Positions 14,233 through 30,565 are shown, counted from the stretch's first letter. The stretch: DNA of 64,000 nt from Eledone cirrhosa (GCA_964016885.1 OZ024741.1:289726001-289790000); one strand, 5' to 3'. The notes: a model not told the origin generated them from the sequence alone. A program made the numbers and translations.

Positions 14233-14540
14233 GGTTTTTGTTATTGTTGTTGATGTTGCTGATGTTGTTGTTGGTGGTGGCGTTGATGTTGTTGGTGGTG
14301 GTGTTGATGTTGTTGTTGGTGGTGGTGTTGTTGGTGGTGGTGTTGTTGTTGTTGACGGTGGTGTTGATGTTGTTGTTGGTGGTGGTGGTGTTGTTGATGT
14401 TGGTGGTGGTGGTGTTGATTTTGTTGTTGTTGGTGGTGGTGGTGGTGTTGATGTTGGTGGTGTTGATGTTGTTGATGTTGGTGGTGGTGGTGTTGATGTT
14501 GTTGTTGGTGGTGTTGATGATGGTGGTGGTGGTGTTGATG

Positions 14541-14572
<32 letters not shown>

Positions 14573-14890
14573 GGTGGTGGTGTTGATGTTGTTGTTGGTG
14601 GTGGTGGTGTTGATGTTGATGGTGGTGGTGTTGATGTTGATGGTGGTGGTGGTGGTGTTGTTGGTGGTGGTGGTGTTGATGTTGGTGGTGGTGGTGGTGG
14701 TGTTGTTGGTGGTGGTGGTGTTGGTGTTGGTGGTGGTGGTGTTGGTGGTGGTGTTGATGGTGGTGGTGGTGGTGGTGTTGATGTTGTTGGTGGTGGTGTT
14801 GATGTTGTTGTTGGTGGTGGTGTTAATGTTGATGGTGGCGGTGGTGTTGATGGTGGTGGTGGTGATGTTTTGATGTTGTTGTTGTTGTTG
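14145..14890. repeat. GTT/GGT/GAT triplet low-complexity tract
   Basis: Mixed triplets in a single register. Confidence 0.95.
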
Positions 14891-15051
14891 ACGTTGCTTC
14901 ATGACAATACGTTACGTTGCATGTTTTCATGTCTGGGAAGAAGGTGTCTTATCAGCATGGAGTGGTGTCGAATGGTGTGGAGAGGGATTTTAATGTTGGA
15001 TGGGACTGAGTGTATACTTTATATGGTAGATGTGGTTATCATTATTGTGTC

Positions 15052-16783
15052 TGTTGTTGTTACTGTTGTTATTGTTACTGTTGTTGTTACTGTTGTTACT
15101 GTTGTTATTGTTACTGTTGTTGTTACTGTTGTTACTGTTGTTATTGTGTTTGTTACTGTTGTTATTGTGTTTGTTACTGTTGTTATTGTGTTTGTTATTG
15201 TTGTTATTGTGTTTGTTATTGTTGTTATTGTGTTTGTTATTGTTGTTATTGTGTTTGTTACTGTTGTTATTGTGTTTGTTACTGTTGTTATTGTGTTTGT
15301 TACTGTTGTTATTGTGTTTGTTATTGTTGTTATTGTGTTTGTTATTGTTGTTATTGTGTTTGTTACTGTTGTTATTGTGTTTGTTATTGTTGTTATTGTG
15401 TTTGTTGTTGTTGGTATTGTGTTTGTTACTGTTGTTATTGTGTTTGTTATTGTTGTTATTGTGTTTGTTATTGTTGTTATTGTGTTTGTTGTTGTTGGTA
15501 TTGTGTTTGTTACTGTTGTTATTGTGTTTGTTATTGTTGTTATTGTGTTTGTTATTGTTGTTATTGTGTTTGTTGTTGTTGGTATTGTGTTTGTTACTGT
15601 TGTTATTGTGTTTGTTATTGTTGTTATTGTGTTTGTTACTGTTGTTATTGTGTTTGTTATTGTTGTTATTGTGTTTGTTACTGTTGTTATTGTGTTTGTT
15701 ACTGTTGTTATTGTGATTGTTACTGTTGTTATTGTGTTTGTTGTTGTTGTTATTGTGTTTGTTATTGTTGTTATTGTGTTTGTTACTGTTGTTATTGTGT
15801 TTGTTACTGTTGTTATTGTGTTTGTTACTGTTGTTATTGTGTTTGTTATTGTTGTTATTGTGTTTGTTATTGTTGTTATTGTGTTTGTTACTGTTGTTAT
15901 TGTGTTTGTTATTGTCGTTATTGTGTTTGTTGTTGTTGGTATTGTGTTTGTTACTGTTGTTATTGTGTTTGTTATTGTTGTTATTGTGTTTGTTATTGTT
16001 GTTATTGTGTTTGTTGTTGTTGGTATTGTGTTTGTTACTGTTGTTATTGTGTTTGTTATTGTTGTTATTGTGTTTGTTATTGTTGTTATTGTGTTTGTTG
16101 TTGTTGGTATTGTGTTTGTTACTGTTGTTATTGTGTTTGTTATTGTTGTTATTGTGTTTGTTACTGTTGTTATTGTGTTTGTTATTGTTGTTATTGTGTT
16201 TGTTACTGTTGTTATTGTGTTTGTTACTGTTGTTATTGTGATTGTTACTGTTGTTATTGTGTTTGTTGTTGTTGTTATTGTGTTTGTTATTGTTGTTATT
16301 GTGTTTGTTATTGTTGTTATTGTGTTTGTTACTGTTGTTATTGTGTTTGTTATTGTTGTTATTGTGTTTGTTACTGTTGTTATTGTGTTTGTTACTGTTG
16401 TTATTGTGTTTGTTATTCTTGTTATTGTGTTTGTTGTTGTTGGTATTGTGTTTGTTACTGTTGTTATTGTGTTTGTTACTGTTGTTATTGTGTTTGTTAT
16501 TGTTGTTATTGTGTTTGTTATTGTTGTTATTGTGTTTGTTACTGTTGTTATTGTGTTTGTTATTGTTGTTATTGTGTTTGTTACTGTTGTTATTGTGTTT
16601 GTTACTGTTGTTATTGTGTTTGTTGTTGTTGCTATTGTGTTTGTTATTGTTGTTATTGTGTTTGTTATTGTTGTTATTGTGTTTGTTATTGTTGTTATTG
16701 TGTTTGTTACTGTTGTTATTGTGTTTGTTACTGTTGTTATTGTGTTTGTTACCGTTGTTATTGTGTTTGTTACTGTTGTTATT
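15052..16783. repeat. 21-bp minisatellite GTTATTGTGTTTGTTA(C/T)TGTT, ~78 units
   Basis: Regular units from ~15137; the marker variant gtgatt recurs 525 bp (25 units) apart at ~15713 and ~16238. Confidence 0.97.
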
Positions 16784-17192
16784 GATATTGATATCGTTAG
16801 AGATTTTGTTTTTGTTATTGTAGTTGTTACCATTACTATTGCTGTTGCTATCGTTATTCTTAGTGTTCCTCTTTTTCTTATGCTTATTGTTACTGTTGTT
16901 GTTGTTGATGATAACGTTGCAGTTATTGTTGTTGTTGTTATTGTTATTGTTTTTTCCTTTCAGATGTTAGCATTTCTCTGCAGTTGCTGTTGCTTTGAAG
17001 ATTCTGTATTGTAGTTGTTGTTATTGTTATTGTCATTGTTATTGTAGTTTTTACTGCTGTTGTTGTTGATGATGATGATGCAACGTTTCACACTATTTAC
17101 GTTTTGCTTTTGATCAGGATCTCGTCATTATCTCTTTGTTTTTGTGTTGTTTTTCTTTTATAATGATTGTAGCAGTTGTTGTTGATGTTTGT

Positions 17193-17230
<38 letters not shown>

Positions 17231-17779
17231 CCTGTTTGCTTGTTTTGTAGTCGCCGCTAGTTTTGATATTATCATTGATGTATTTTTTGTGGATTTGTTA
17301 TCGCTATTGTTGTTTCTTTCTCATTGTTATTATTGTTGTTGCCTTTGTCTTTGTTGTTGTCGTTTCTGTCTTGTTTTTTGTTGTCGTTGTTGTTGTAAGC
17401 ATTGTCGTTGTTGTTATCGTTTATTGTCTGTTTGTTTTCCTTATCTCCAATCTCGCGTAGATTATTCTGATGTCGGATTTGAATTCAAGCTCTGCAAATC
17501 AACGAAACATTCGTGAAGCATACAGTACCTCCGCTGACGAATGAAGCAATGTATTGTAATCACACATCTATAATCATCCCTGTTCTTATATAAAGGTAGA
17601 GAAGGGAGTAAATAACAAAGGACATTTCTGGTGTCCTTGGCCCTAGGACCACCTCCCTACTCACCACTATCAGCACGAAGTTGGCTACAGGCGGATGTAA
17701 GCCCCGGGAGGTGGAATGGCTCTTCTAACGCACCTCCCTCACCATCTTCCGGGAAAGCGCCTTCTCTATTCTGTCAACC

Positions 17780-17935
17780 GAGCTTCTAGACTTTCCGTCT
17801 ATTATATCCTACACACAAGACATTAGTCAATCCGAGGTGTTAGTAGGAAAATACTTCTCCCAAGGTGCGGTGTAGTGGGACTGAACCCTGAACCATATAG
17901 TTAAGCAGCGAACTTCTTTACTTCACACTTCTTTA
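17780..17935 (-). mobile_element. Diverged tRNA-derived SINE (family B)
   Basis: cccaaggtgc...gtagtgggactgaaccc.gaaccat is a reversed B-box head (gggttcagtcccac). Confidence 0.65.
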
Positions 17936-18469
17936 CTACACTCCTGCATTTAACTGTTTATTGCAGTTTGATAAGTTGCGACTGCCGTAATTGTTTTACT
18001 TTATATGTTTGTTAATGAACTAGTATTATATTGTTGTTTGTTGTTGTTGTTGTTGTTGTTATTGTTGTTGTTGTTGTTGCTGTTAAGGTTGCTGTTTCAA
18101 ACAGCATTATTCTAGTAGGAACATAAGCTATTATGCTTGATGGTCATAAAACAAAATCAATTCTGTTCCTGAATATTTTCTGATCTGACTGTAAGACCAG
18201 TCAAACTGTGAAGCCTGTGTGATTTTTATCATCAATACACACATTCATTGTTTTCATTCTATTGTGATATCTTTTTTTATTAGCACTACATCAATCTCCT
18301 ATTTAATTCTGCTGGCAAGATCTCTTAACGTACTTTATGATATATCCCTTTCATTATTTGACACTGCACATTTAAGTATATTAAAACGGTGCTGTGAGTG
18401 AATGTGAATAACTACAGAGGTAAAGATGGCCACGCCCTAAGTTATATATAATATAGAATGTGCCGGATT

Positions 18470-18782
18470 TGCATTGGTCACAATGTTGAGTGTTCCAGCT
18501 GTATTGATCAATGTAACAGCCTGCCTGTGAAATTAACATGTGAGTGGCTGAGTATTACACTAAAACGATTACCTCATAACATAATTCTCAGGGAGATTCC
18601 GTGTGACACAGAGTGTGACAATTCTGGCCCCTTGATTTAGGGATTCAACAAATATTTCTCAACTGGGTTTAGTTGAGCAACATTAAATAAAATATCTTGC
18701 TCAAGAGCTTAGGAAACCGATGGGAATCGAAATCTCGACTTTAGATCGTGAGCTAAAAACCATAACCACTAAGCCACGCACA
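18470..18782 (-). mobile_element. Diverged tRNA-derived SINE (family C)
   Basis: Reversed head: gggaatcgaa (B-box ttcgattccc) and taaccactaagccacg (A-box tggcttagtgg); tcttgctcaag core. Confidence 0.75.
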
Positions 18783-19150
18783 TTCAAAATATAGAGAGAC
18801 TGAAGCCATCATTATTACAGGGGTTTTCAAAACGTTTAAGGATAGTCATGAAGTGAGCAACGAAGAAACCGATGGCTTTGAAGACGAACGCGTAAAATAA
18901 ATCAACGTCTTGCTCACAACATAAAGACAAACAGAAAAAAGAACGTTTCAAGACAAAATCAAAAGAAAAAGGCTAAACAACCGTACTTTTCCACAGGTTC
19001 CTCAGTTTTGTTCAACCACGAAGAGGCTTTTATAATTCACATTCTATCTTTCTCTCTTTATATTTCTGATCTGAAAACTTTCTGTGAGTACAAATCTCTA
19101 TTTGACTCCCTGTTTGTAAGTCTGTCTGTCCGTCTTTCTATCCGCCTCTC

Positions 19151-19279
<129 letters not shown>

Positions 19280-19553
19280 TTAATGCAAGAACAGCAACCT
19301 CGCCCATGTCAGACTTTATCCGTTTTTTGTTAGACCTTTGGCGGTCACGTATAAACAACAAAACAACTGGTCATTTGACACAGCGGCTCAACACGGCCCG
19401 TAGCGCCTCATTTTTTGTTCTTGCATGCAACCTTCTGCTCAATTATTTTTTCACTGATGTGCTCTTTCAGCATTTGTTCTTGCTGATTTAATAATATGTG
19501 GGTCCTTGGTTTCTTCGTTATCGATTTTCGGCTGAAAATCTGGTTGGAGGTGA

Positions 19554-19901
19554 TGTAGTGACCTACATTCCGCGGGCTCACATACATTCTCTGTGCGCGA
19601 TTTGGCTCAGTTCAGCCAATCAGCGCCAGTAGAAGAGGATGTTTCCCTACGCGCCATGAGGAAGAAATTCCCCGCGAAGATTTGAAGAATCTCTAGCTTG
19701 TACCAGAAACTTCGAGCCAGCAACACGCATAATGTAACAGTGAGATATTGCACCACTAGCCTCGCCGGCTTAACGGCGCAATGGCACATTCCCTTTTGTA
19801 ACCTCTTTTTACCTGTAACTTCAACCATATAAATAAACAAACATTTCATCTCTAATTACTGCGGTTGAAGTCGTTGTTATGTTACTCGTGTCTCAATGAC
19901 A
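19554..19901 (+). mobile_element. LTR-like segment (possible Gypsy/TRIM relic)
   Basis: Starts TGTAGTG right after a G-rich ggttggaggtga tract; contains CCAAT and AATAAA (19832); can end in GACA; tggcgacc (PBS-like) at 19925. GC-richer than the flanks. Confidence 0.4.
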
Positions 19902-20102
19902 TCTTTAATCCATGCTGCTGGAATTGGCGACCTGACGAAAGGAATATTGTGAATAGATGGTAAATAGATCGAGGGACCTTCCCTCACGTCTATGTCAACA
20001 AGATAATCCAACGAGGATACTATTACTTACCACACTGGCAACTAACGACCACTGATTCTACCACCCTGCTAAAGTGGCGATAACATCTATAACTAATACT
20101 GC

Positions 20103-20167
<65 letters not shown>

Positions 20168-20217
20168 ATAAATTAATTCCTGTAAATAATGTGCTCAAAT
20201 ATATATTTATACATATA

Positions 20218-20316
<99 letters not shown>

Positions 20317-20362
20317 CATATATTTAAGTAAGAATATTTTCGAAACAGCGAGTGGGTTAGAA

Positions 20363-20509
20363 ATTATTAGAAATGTAAGCTATCGCCGTATTTGGACTAA
20401 AGAAATTAAAGAAATTATTTACCCTGAAATTATTTAGCCCACTATCAGGCTAAATAATTTCTTTAATTTTTTTAGTCCAAATACGGCGATAGCTTACATT
20501 TTTAATAAT
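20363..20509. repeat. ~64-bp-arm inverted repeat (fold-back)
   Basis: aatgtaagctatcgccgtatttggactaaa vs tttagtccaaatacggcgatagcttacatt; short spacer. Confidence 0.93.
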
Positions 20510-20587
20510 ACATATATTTATATATGTTTATACACACGCACTCACACACACATATATATATATATATATTTATATTTATACATATAT

Positions 20588-20672
20588 TTGCTTTTCATCC
20601 TTACGGGGTCGATAAAATAAAGTACCAGTAATGCACTGGGATAATTGCTGGCCTTGTGCCAAAATTAGAAAC

Positions 20673-20677
<5 letters not shown>
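20588..20677 (+). mobile_element. 5'-truncated SINE (family A) inserted in (TA)n
   Basis: Near-identical to the 3' part of 4228-4423. Confidence 0.92.
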
Positions 20678-20744
<67 letters not shown>

Positions 20745-20824
20745 TAAATATATATATATATGCATGTATAACCATATACAAATGTATGTATGTATATATA
20801 TATGCGTATAAATGTATGTAATGT

Positions 20825-20982
<158 letters not shown>

Positions 20983-21000
20983 GTGTGTATGTGTGTGTGT

Positions 21001-21812
21001 AACTTAGTTTTAAAAAAACAAAGAGAATACTTCAAGTCCTTTTATTTATTTCTACAACCGTTTCAATTTTAATGAAATGTCATCGAAAATGTAAATAATG
21101 ATTTGCAGATTAATGAATTAATTAATCCAATCAACAAACATTACAATCAAATATCGCAGACCAAATATTAGATTTGGGGAATGCATGTCCTCCAATCCAG
21201 ATAAAACAGACAATGATTAGAAAATAATAGATATGAAAGATAATATTATTTTAATAAAAGCCAAATATGCTAGACAGATCCATAAGTCCGGTAGCGAAAA
21301 GCAATAATTTTAAATATCATGCAGTTTGATTAAATCAACAAAAAAGTCTAATGTATAAAACATAAGTCCCCATGCTGTAATTTAGTTTCTATACAAACAC
21401 AAATATAGTTTAACTTTCAAAATGCCAACATTTTATAGCGCATTCATTTGACCACATAACGTTTTTTTTTCTCAAACAAAAGATGGTCTACTCTCATTAC
21501 CTCCTGGACCCCATTAGGTCATACAAGAAACCGAGACCGCCAGAAAACATGTGGCGAGACGACTTTGACAAATTTGAAAAATTTAGGCCACGAATGCCTT
21601 AGGATTTGCAAAAATGGGCCCCAAAACCGATATTACATGGCTGAAAAAGTAGATGATGATGATGATTTGACAAAACAGCGTGATTGCAATGTTTGTTGAT
21701 TTGATTAATTAATTGTTTAGTCTGCAAATCATTTTGTTAAAATTGAAATGGTAGAAGAAACTAATAAAATTATTTCAAGTATTTTCATAGTTTTTTCTTT
21801 TTACTAAATTAA
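21001..21812. mobile_element. Old MITE/fold-back element with ~130-150-bp imperfect TIRs
   Basis: atgatttgcagattaatgaattaattaatccaatcaacaaacattacaatca (21098-21149) vs tgattgcaatgtttgttgatttgattaattaattgtttagtctgcaaatcat (21681-21732); similarity extends outward. Confidence 0.65.
21440..21666 (+). mobile_element. 3' relic of RTE-clade LINE
   Basis: 21481 onward translates RWSTLITSWTPLGHTRNRDRQKT/(frameshift)WRDD, matching the RTE C-terminal RW....W.P...R.RGRP...W.D motif; ends in (GAT)n. Confidence 0.7.
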
Positions 21813-21884
21813 ATATAGATATTGTTATAAGGATTCATCACCCAACGTTTAAGCTACGAATATTTCAAAATAGATATAAAAATT

Positions 21885-22200
21885 GGTCCCTTCGGTCACG
21901 AAAGACAATGGCTTTTGCACTTAGAAAGATCAGCTCCGTGGCACAAGCCCTTGCAAGGTGTTTTTGTTGAGGGCCAGCAGTGGTCATGAATACCTCCCAC
22001 CCCCCAGCATACACTACCTGTCGCCTATGTCATCGAAAGGCCGATTCAACTTGGTCCGAGTGAAGTGCAACTTATTTCTACAGATGAGGGAACTGGAACA
22101 ACGTGAAATGAATTGCCTTGATGAAGGACACAACACAAAGTCCGGTATTTATTGCTTCATGATCGTGAATCCAAGTCCCTAACTACTAAGACACACGCTT
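21885..22200 (-). mobile_element. Diverged SINE with family-C-like head
   Basis: actggaacaacgtgaaatgaattgccttgatgaaggacacaac...gatcgtgaat...ccctaactactaagacac parallels 18660-18780. Confidence 0.65.
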
Positions 22201-22414
22201 TCATAATTATATATATATATGTATATGCGCGCGCGCCTGTGCGCGTGTGTGTGTATGTGTGTGCGCGCCTGTGTGTGCGTGTGTGTGTCCCGGGTTCAAT
22301 CGGAGGTAACCACAGTAAGTAAGGTACTCAATACATATACATAGCAAAGTATACATTTTGAATATAGAAATGTCTTGTACAGTCCTGTAGAAATCATTTC
22401 TATATTAAATATAC

Positions 22415-24116
<1,702 letters not shown>

Positions 24117-24355
24117 TATATATATATATATATTGACGAGGAAGAATCTCCAACTGCGAGGCCAGTCGTTTCAACTTGTTCTCTCAATCATTTTCACCAT
24201 TCAGATTCTACCAGTTCATTCTGAATCACATCATTCAACGAATGCTATTCTGATTTGTGGTTTACCGTTGGTACTCACTCTATATCTCTCTTTCTGTCTG
24301 TACACACAAATGCTCTTTTATATTTATACATTTACACATGTGTGTAAGTGTGTAC

Positions 24356-24420
<65 letters not shown>

Positions 24421-24421
<1 letters not shown>

Positions 24422-25164
24422 TAGCAGTGGTACCCGGCGTTGCACGGGATAAGGTATTTTGGAACGCGGGCCGCCAATAGACCTAAAAACTGCATGCCTG
24501 GACAATATGTAAAGAAAATAAACTGAATACTCTGATGGCTGGATATTCCTTAAGATTTTCCTCGATGAAGGAGGAAAAATTCAGGGTTTCACCTAATGCG
24601 GGCCCTAGGGGATCAAGAAAATGAATTTTTTTATGTTCATAATATGCCTTGAAATTTCGGGAAAATCGGCTAGACGTCACGCCTCAAAAAACCCTAAAAA
24701 TGTTAAACAACGCAGTTTTTCACCTAATGCGGACCATAGGAGACAAAAAAAGTTGAATTTGTTATGTCGATAACACTCCCTGAAACATAAGTAATACACA
24801 TGTAAAGTTTGAAAAACATCGGTTGGGTACTTCTCGAGTTTTAGGTATTCAAACTCACACACACACACTCACACACAGACATCCTCAAGGAAGTGACGTA
24901 ATGCAGACAGACGGTCAGACATACAGACAGATATTATAAGGGCGCGACGTTATAAGTATCTATCTAAAAAGAGAAAGACTAAGTATTATAGAGCGAGATC
25001 GCTAAATCGCCTAATGTGGTCCCTGGGGTTAAGAAAATTTCACTCCCTGAAACATAAGTATTACATGTGTAAAGTTTGAAAACAGTCGGTTGGGTGGTTC
25101 TCGAGTTTTAGGGATTCGAACACACACACACACAGACAGACATCTTCAGTTTTATATATATAGA
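24421..25164 (-). mobile_element. Complete non-autonomous Helitron
   Basis: The minus strand begins TC (25164-25163) and ends CTAG (24424-24421). GC hairpin cccgtgcaacgccggg at 24433-24448, 8 nt before the CTAG. Inserted between A and T with no TSD. Internal ~100-bp repeats at 24774-24880 and 25041-25140. Confidence 0.9.
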
Positions 25165-25180
25165 TATATATATGTATATA

Positions 25181-25279
25181 TAGGAAAAGAATCTTTTCCT
25201 ACTACCCATTCTACTACTCTAAGTATTGAGTACTCTGGTGCGTTATGGTCCACCTGGTTCCTTACCACGCCTTTCGTTA
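25181..25279. mobile_element. Short (TA)n-embedded element with terminal hairpin, copy 2
   Basis: Same body as 23992-24116; hairpin taggaaaaga-a-tcttttccta. Confidence 0.85.
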
Positions 25280-25317
25280 TATATATATATATATTTGTGT
25301 GTATATATATATATATT

Positions 25318-25355
<38 letters not shown>

Positions 25356-25358
<3 letters not shown>

Positions 25359-25545
25359 CGAAGGAGTTGTGGTAAGGAACCAGATGGACCATAACGCACC
25401 AGAGTACTCAATACTTAGCGTAGTAGAGTGGGTAGTAGGAAAATGTATGATCCCGACGGCAGAGCTCAAGCCGTTTCGACGGCTATTCCAGAAATAGCCG
25501 ACGAAATGGCTTGAGCTCTGCCGTCGGGGTCATACATTTTTCCTA
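25356..25545. mobile_element. Short (TA)n-embedded element with terminal hairpin, copy 3 (inverted)
   Basis: Reverse complement of the same body; ~52-bp imperfect stem at 25436-25545. Confidence 0.85.
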
Positions 25546-25701
25546 TATATATATATATATATATATATTTGTATATATCGTTATACTTTGGGAGGGTCAT
25601 GCTGCCAATAATAAATAAAAATCACACGCACCTGTTGGTTTTCACCTCAATTTATTATGAATATCCGGTTGGTTCAATAACCGGATGGTTGCTTATATAT
25701 T

Positions 25702-25744
25702 GTCAAATTTCTTTCGTCACATATTCTGTGACCTCCTCAGTGAG
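25702..25744 (-). ncRNA. Hammerhead-like motif with intact core and degenerate stem III
   Basis: Minus strand: CTCA-CTGAGGA-G-GTCACA-gaata-TGTGAC-GAAA-gaaa-TT-TGAC; AATAAA and (TA)n follow downstream. Confidence 0.55.
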
Positions 25745-25798
25745 TGGGCTTTTATTTTTGCATATAAGAAATCTTGCAAAACAAATTCAAAAACTAAG

Positions 25799-25875
<77 letters not shown>

Positions 25876-25905
25876 GCACACACGCACACACACACACACA
25901 CACGC

Positions 25906-25992
<87 letters not shown>

Positions 25993-26492
25993 AATGCATA
26001 TGTATACAGACATAAAAACCTAAATTCATCAATAGATATATACATGATTCAAACATACTTATATACATATACTTAAGGTTACAAACCAAAGAAAATGGCG
26101 CCCTCTACATGTTCAGCTGTGTATATATACACAGTAAATATATGAAAGCAGTCGATGATTCACTTACTATTATTCTAAGAGTTTCATATAAGCGAAGTAA
26201 ACACATAGTTGGTCAGACATTGAATAGCAAATAAAACTATGCTGAGAAAGGATTAGATAGGCGGATTCCCGTTGATTCATTTGGGATATCTTTCTCCTAT
26301 TTGTTGCATCGAATCTATGTAATCTACTGTGTTTCCGTGAAAGATGTTTGTGTATACGCTATCTATAGACTGTGTAAACACTGTGTATACAATGAATTTG
26401 GTGCTGTGAAGCTATCGTGAGACAACGATGTTATACGCTGATTGGGTTATGATATATCAAGGGGTGTGAGATATATATTATTTGAGTTTGGC

Positions 26493-26571
<79 letters not shown>

Positions 26572-27051
26572 CCAGTATCGATTGAGCAAAAAATATGTGT
26601 TGTGCTATCTTAGTCGGTGATGATTGTAGATATTATGTGTTGTGGTATAGTGTTTGATCCTGATGTCGCAAGACATATATATATATATATATTGTGTGCG
26701 TTGTAATTTTTTTTATGAGATGGCGATTATATAGGGTTTGTGTCATTTACAAACAGAATACTGTTTCAGTGTTACTGTTGAAGTGAAAGAGTTTTATATA
26801 ATATGATATTTATATCTACAAGGCTTGTCTGATAGGCTTTCAATAGTTTTGATCATAAAGTTATTTTTGATACGGAGCAGATCAATGGTTATTAGGGGCT
26901 GTGATTTATTTACAAACCTCTAAATTCTGCTTATTTCAACTTAAAATCCGTTGTAATCTGAGAGATACTTAGATACCTCATCTCATTTCGAGGTATATAT
27001 TGGACAAAAGCGATCGAGAACATAGACATTTTCGTTCTAGACACTTCTTAG

Positions 27052-27083
27052 TATTAGTAGTAGTATCAGCAGTAGTAGTAGTT

Positions 27084-27164
<81 letters not shown>

Positions 27165-27452
27165 AAACTAATAATATATATTTATAGCGGTGATAGGTCT
27201 ATAAGATTATTAACAAAAATGTCTTTGTTCTTTTAATAAAAATGGTAATAGCATGTATATTCGGGTGTGTGTGGGTATATTATTAATATATATAAATATA
27301 TTATTATCATCATTATTATTGTTATTATTAATGTATATGCGTATATTTATATACTTGTATATATATATATACATATGTATAAGCGATATCTATTTCAATC
27401 TATCTATTTGTTTATTGCCCTCCCCCCTTCTCTCTCTCTCTCTTTCTCTCTC

Positions 27453-27497
<45 letters not shown>

Positions 27498-27615
27498 ATA
27501 TATCACATGCATATAAATATATTAGTATATTTGTGTATCATTACTACCTTTAGTTATATTGTCACTATTATTATGGCTCCACCGAGTTAAAATATCATTA
27601 TTATTCTTAGTAGTC

Positions 27616-27674
<59 letters not shown>

Positions 27675-27770
27675 TTTTGTTGTTGGCCGAATTATTTGTT
27701 TTGCTGGAAACCAATTGTAACGGCATTGATGTACAGACATAATTTCTTTGTTATTGTAATATCAAGGAAC

Positions 27771-27825
<55 letters not shown>

Positions 27826-27920
27826 CTACAAAAACAACTACAACAACAACAGAAACAATAGCACATCGTCAACAATATATACAAAAAGAGATCCAATAAC
27901 GAAGTTGACGAAGGTAATGG

Positions 27921-27956
<36 letters not shown>

Positions 27957-28070
27957 CGATTATGGTGATGATGATGATGATGAATTGACGAAGGTAATGG
28001 TGATGATGATGATGATGTTGATGAAGATGACGACGATTATGATGATATCAACCATGAAGATGATGATTAT
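27052..28070. repeat. Triplet microsatellite cluster (GCA)n(GTA)n, (GTA)n, (ACA)n, (GAT)n
   Basis: 27052-27164, 27610-27673, 27772-27850 and 27924-28070. Confidence 0.92.
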
Positions 28071-28155
28071 CATTATTTTAGCATCGGTATTATTCTGGTG
28101 ACCGAATGGACGTTTTATTGAGATATAAACATTTATATATCCTTGCATTCAGATT

Positions 28156-29563
<1,408 letters not shown>

Positions 29564-29977
29564 CAGAAGTAGAGGAAGTAGAGAAATATGAAGAGCAATG
29601 AAATCATTCTTTTTATCATCATTATCATCATCATCGACCATATCAAAAACAATGACATTGCAACGAAATGAAAAGAAAAAAAACAACAACAGAAAAACGC
29701 CATAACTAAAAATATCACAACAACGAAACAAATAGCAAACCTCAAATAAGGCAGACAAAGTGCTTATTGCTGTTGTTGAAAGATCAAATCCACCTATCTA
29801 ATATAGGAATATAGATGTACATTGTTTTGATAGCTAAACCACGAAGAAAAATATATGTATAAATAGCCCTTTATTTCAGGAAATATACAATAGGTTTTTA
29901 TGATGTCCAAACTTACCCTCATAAATATTCGTAGAGAAAAAATATGACGGTGTTAATTTGCTGTGATGAGTGCACAT

Positions 29978-30010
29978 TCAACGGTTCGGACACTTTGTCT
30001 TCTTCAAAGT
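29978..30010 (-). ncRNA. Decayed hammerhead motif related to 10294-10329
   Basis: Minus strand: TTGAAGA-AGACA-aag-TGTCC-GAAC-CGTT; C3>U without compensation and GAAA>GAAC. Confidence 0.4.
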
Positions 30011-30377
30011 GACAAAACAAAATTATATTGAAAGAAGCCTTGAGAAGAATGACAGCTGTCCAAACTCTATATTCCCCACAGTTAAGTAACTTTATGTAAT
30101 TTCGGTTTTTAAATTTTGCTGAGGTACAGCAATCTTCAGGATTTCATCTCAAAATGCAAATTTACTTGACAAAATATTATAAATACAAATATTTCCAGAA
30201 AATATATAAAAATATAAAGATATTCCGTTTAAACATTTTCTGTATTGTTTCTTTTAAATGCATAGCTCTTGCATATTCTATATCTTTTCGTAATCCAAAA
30301 AATTCCCTTCCCATGACTTGTAAAATAAATAGCTATTGATATATATGTATATGATACATGAACATTATATTAGCACT

Positions 30378-30565
30378 AATTTCTATTTTAGGCACAAAAT
30401 CAGTAATTGGAGGTGGGACCAATTAATTTAAGCCAGTAACTGACTGGCACTTTATTTCATTGACCCTGGAAAGATGATAAGCAAAATTGACCTCGGCTGT
30501 ATTTGAAATGAGAACGCCGCAAACTATTTTATCTGGCATATTAACGACTCAAGCAATTAGCCGCC
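30378..30565 (-). mobile_element. Diverged SINE (family A), reverse orientation
   Basis: ttctattttaggcacaa, ctggcactttatttcattgaccc and cctcggctgtatttgaa are reverse complements of family A motifs. Confidence 0.8.

Noticed and set aside
14102-17014. 958-aa Val/Gly, 591-aa Cys/Tyr and 604-aa Thr ORFs
   Set aside because: Translations of a triplet tract and a 21-bp minisatellite, open on both strands.
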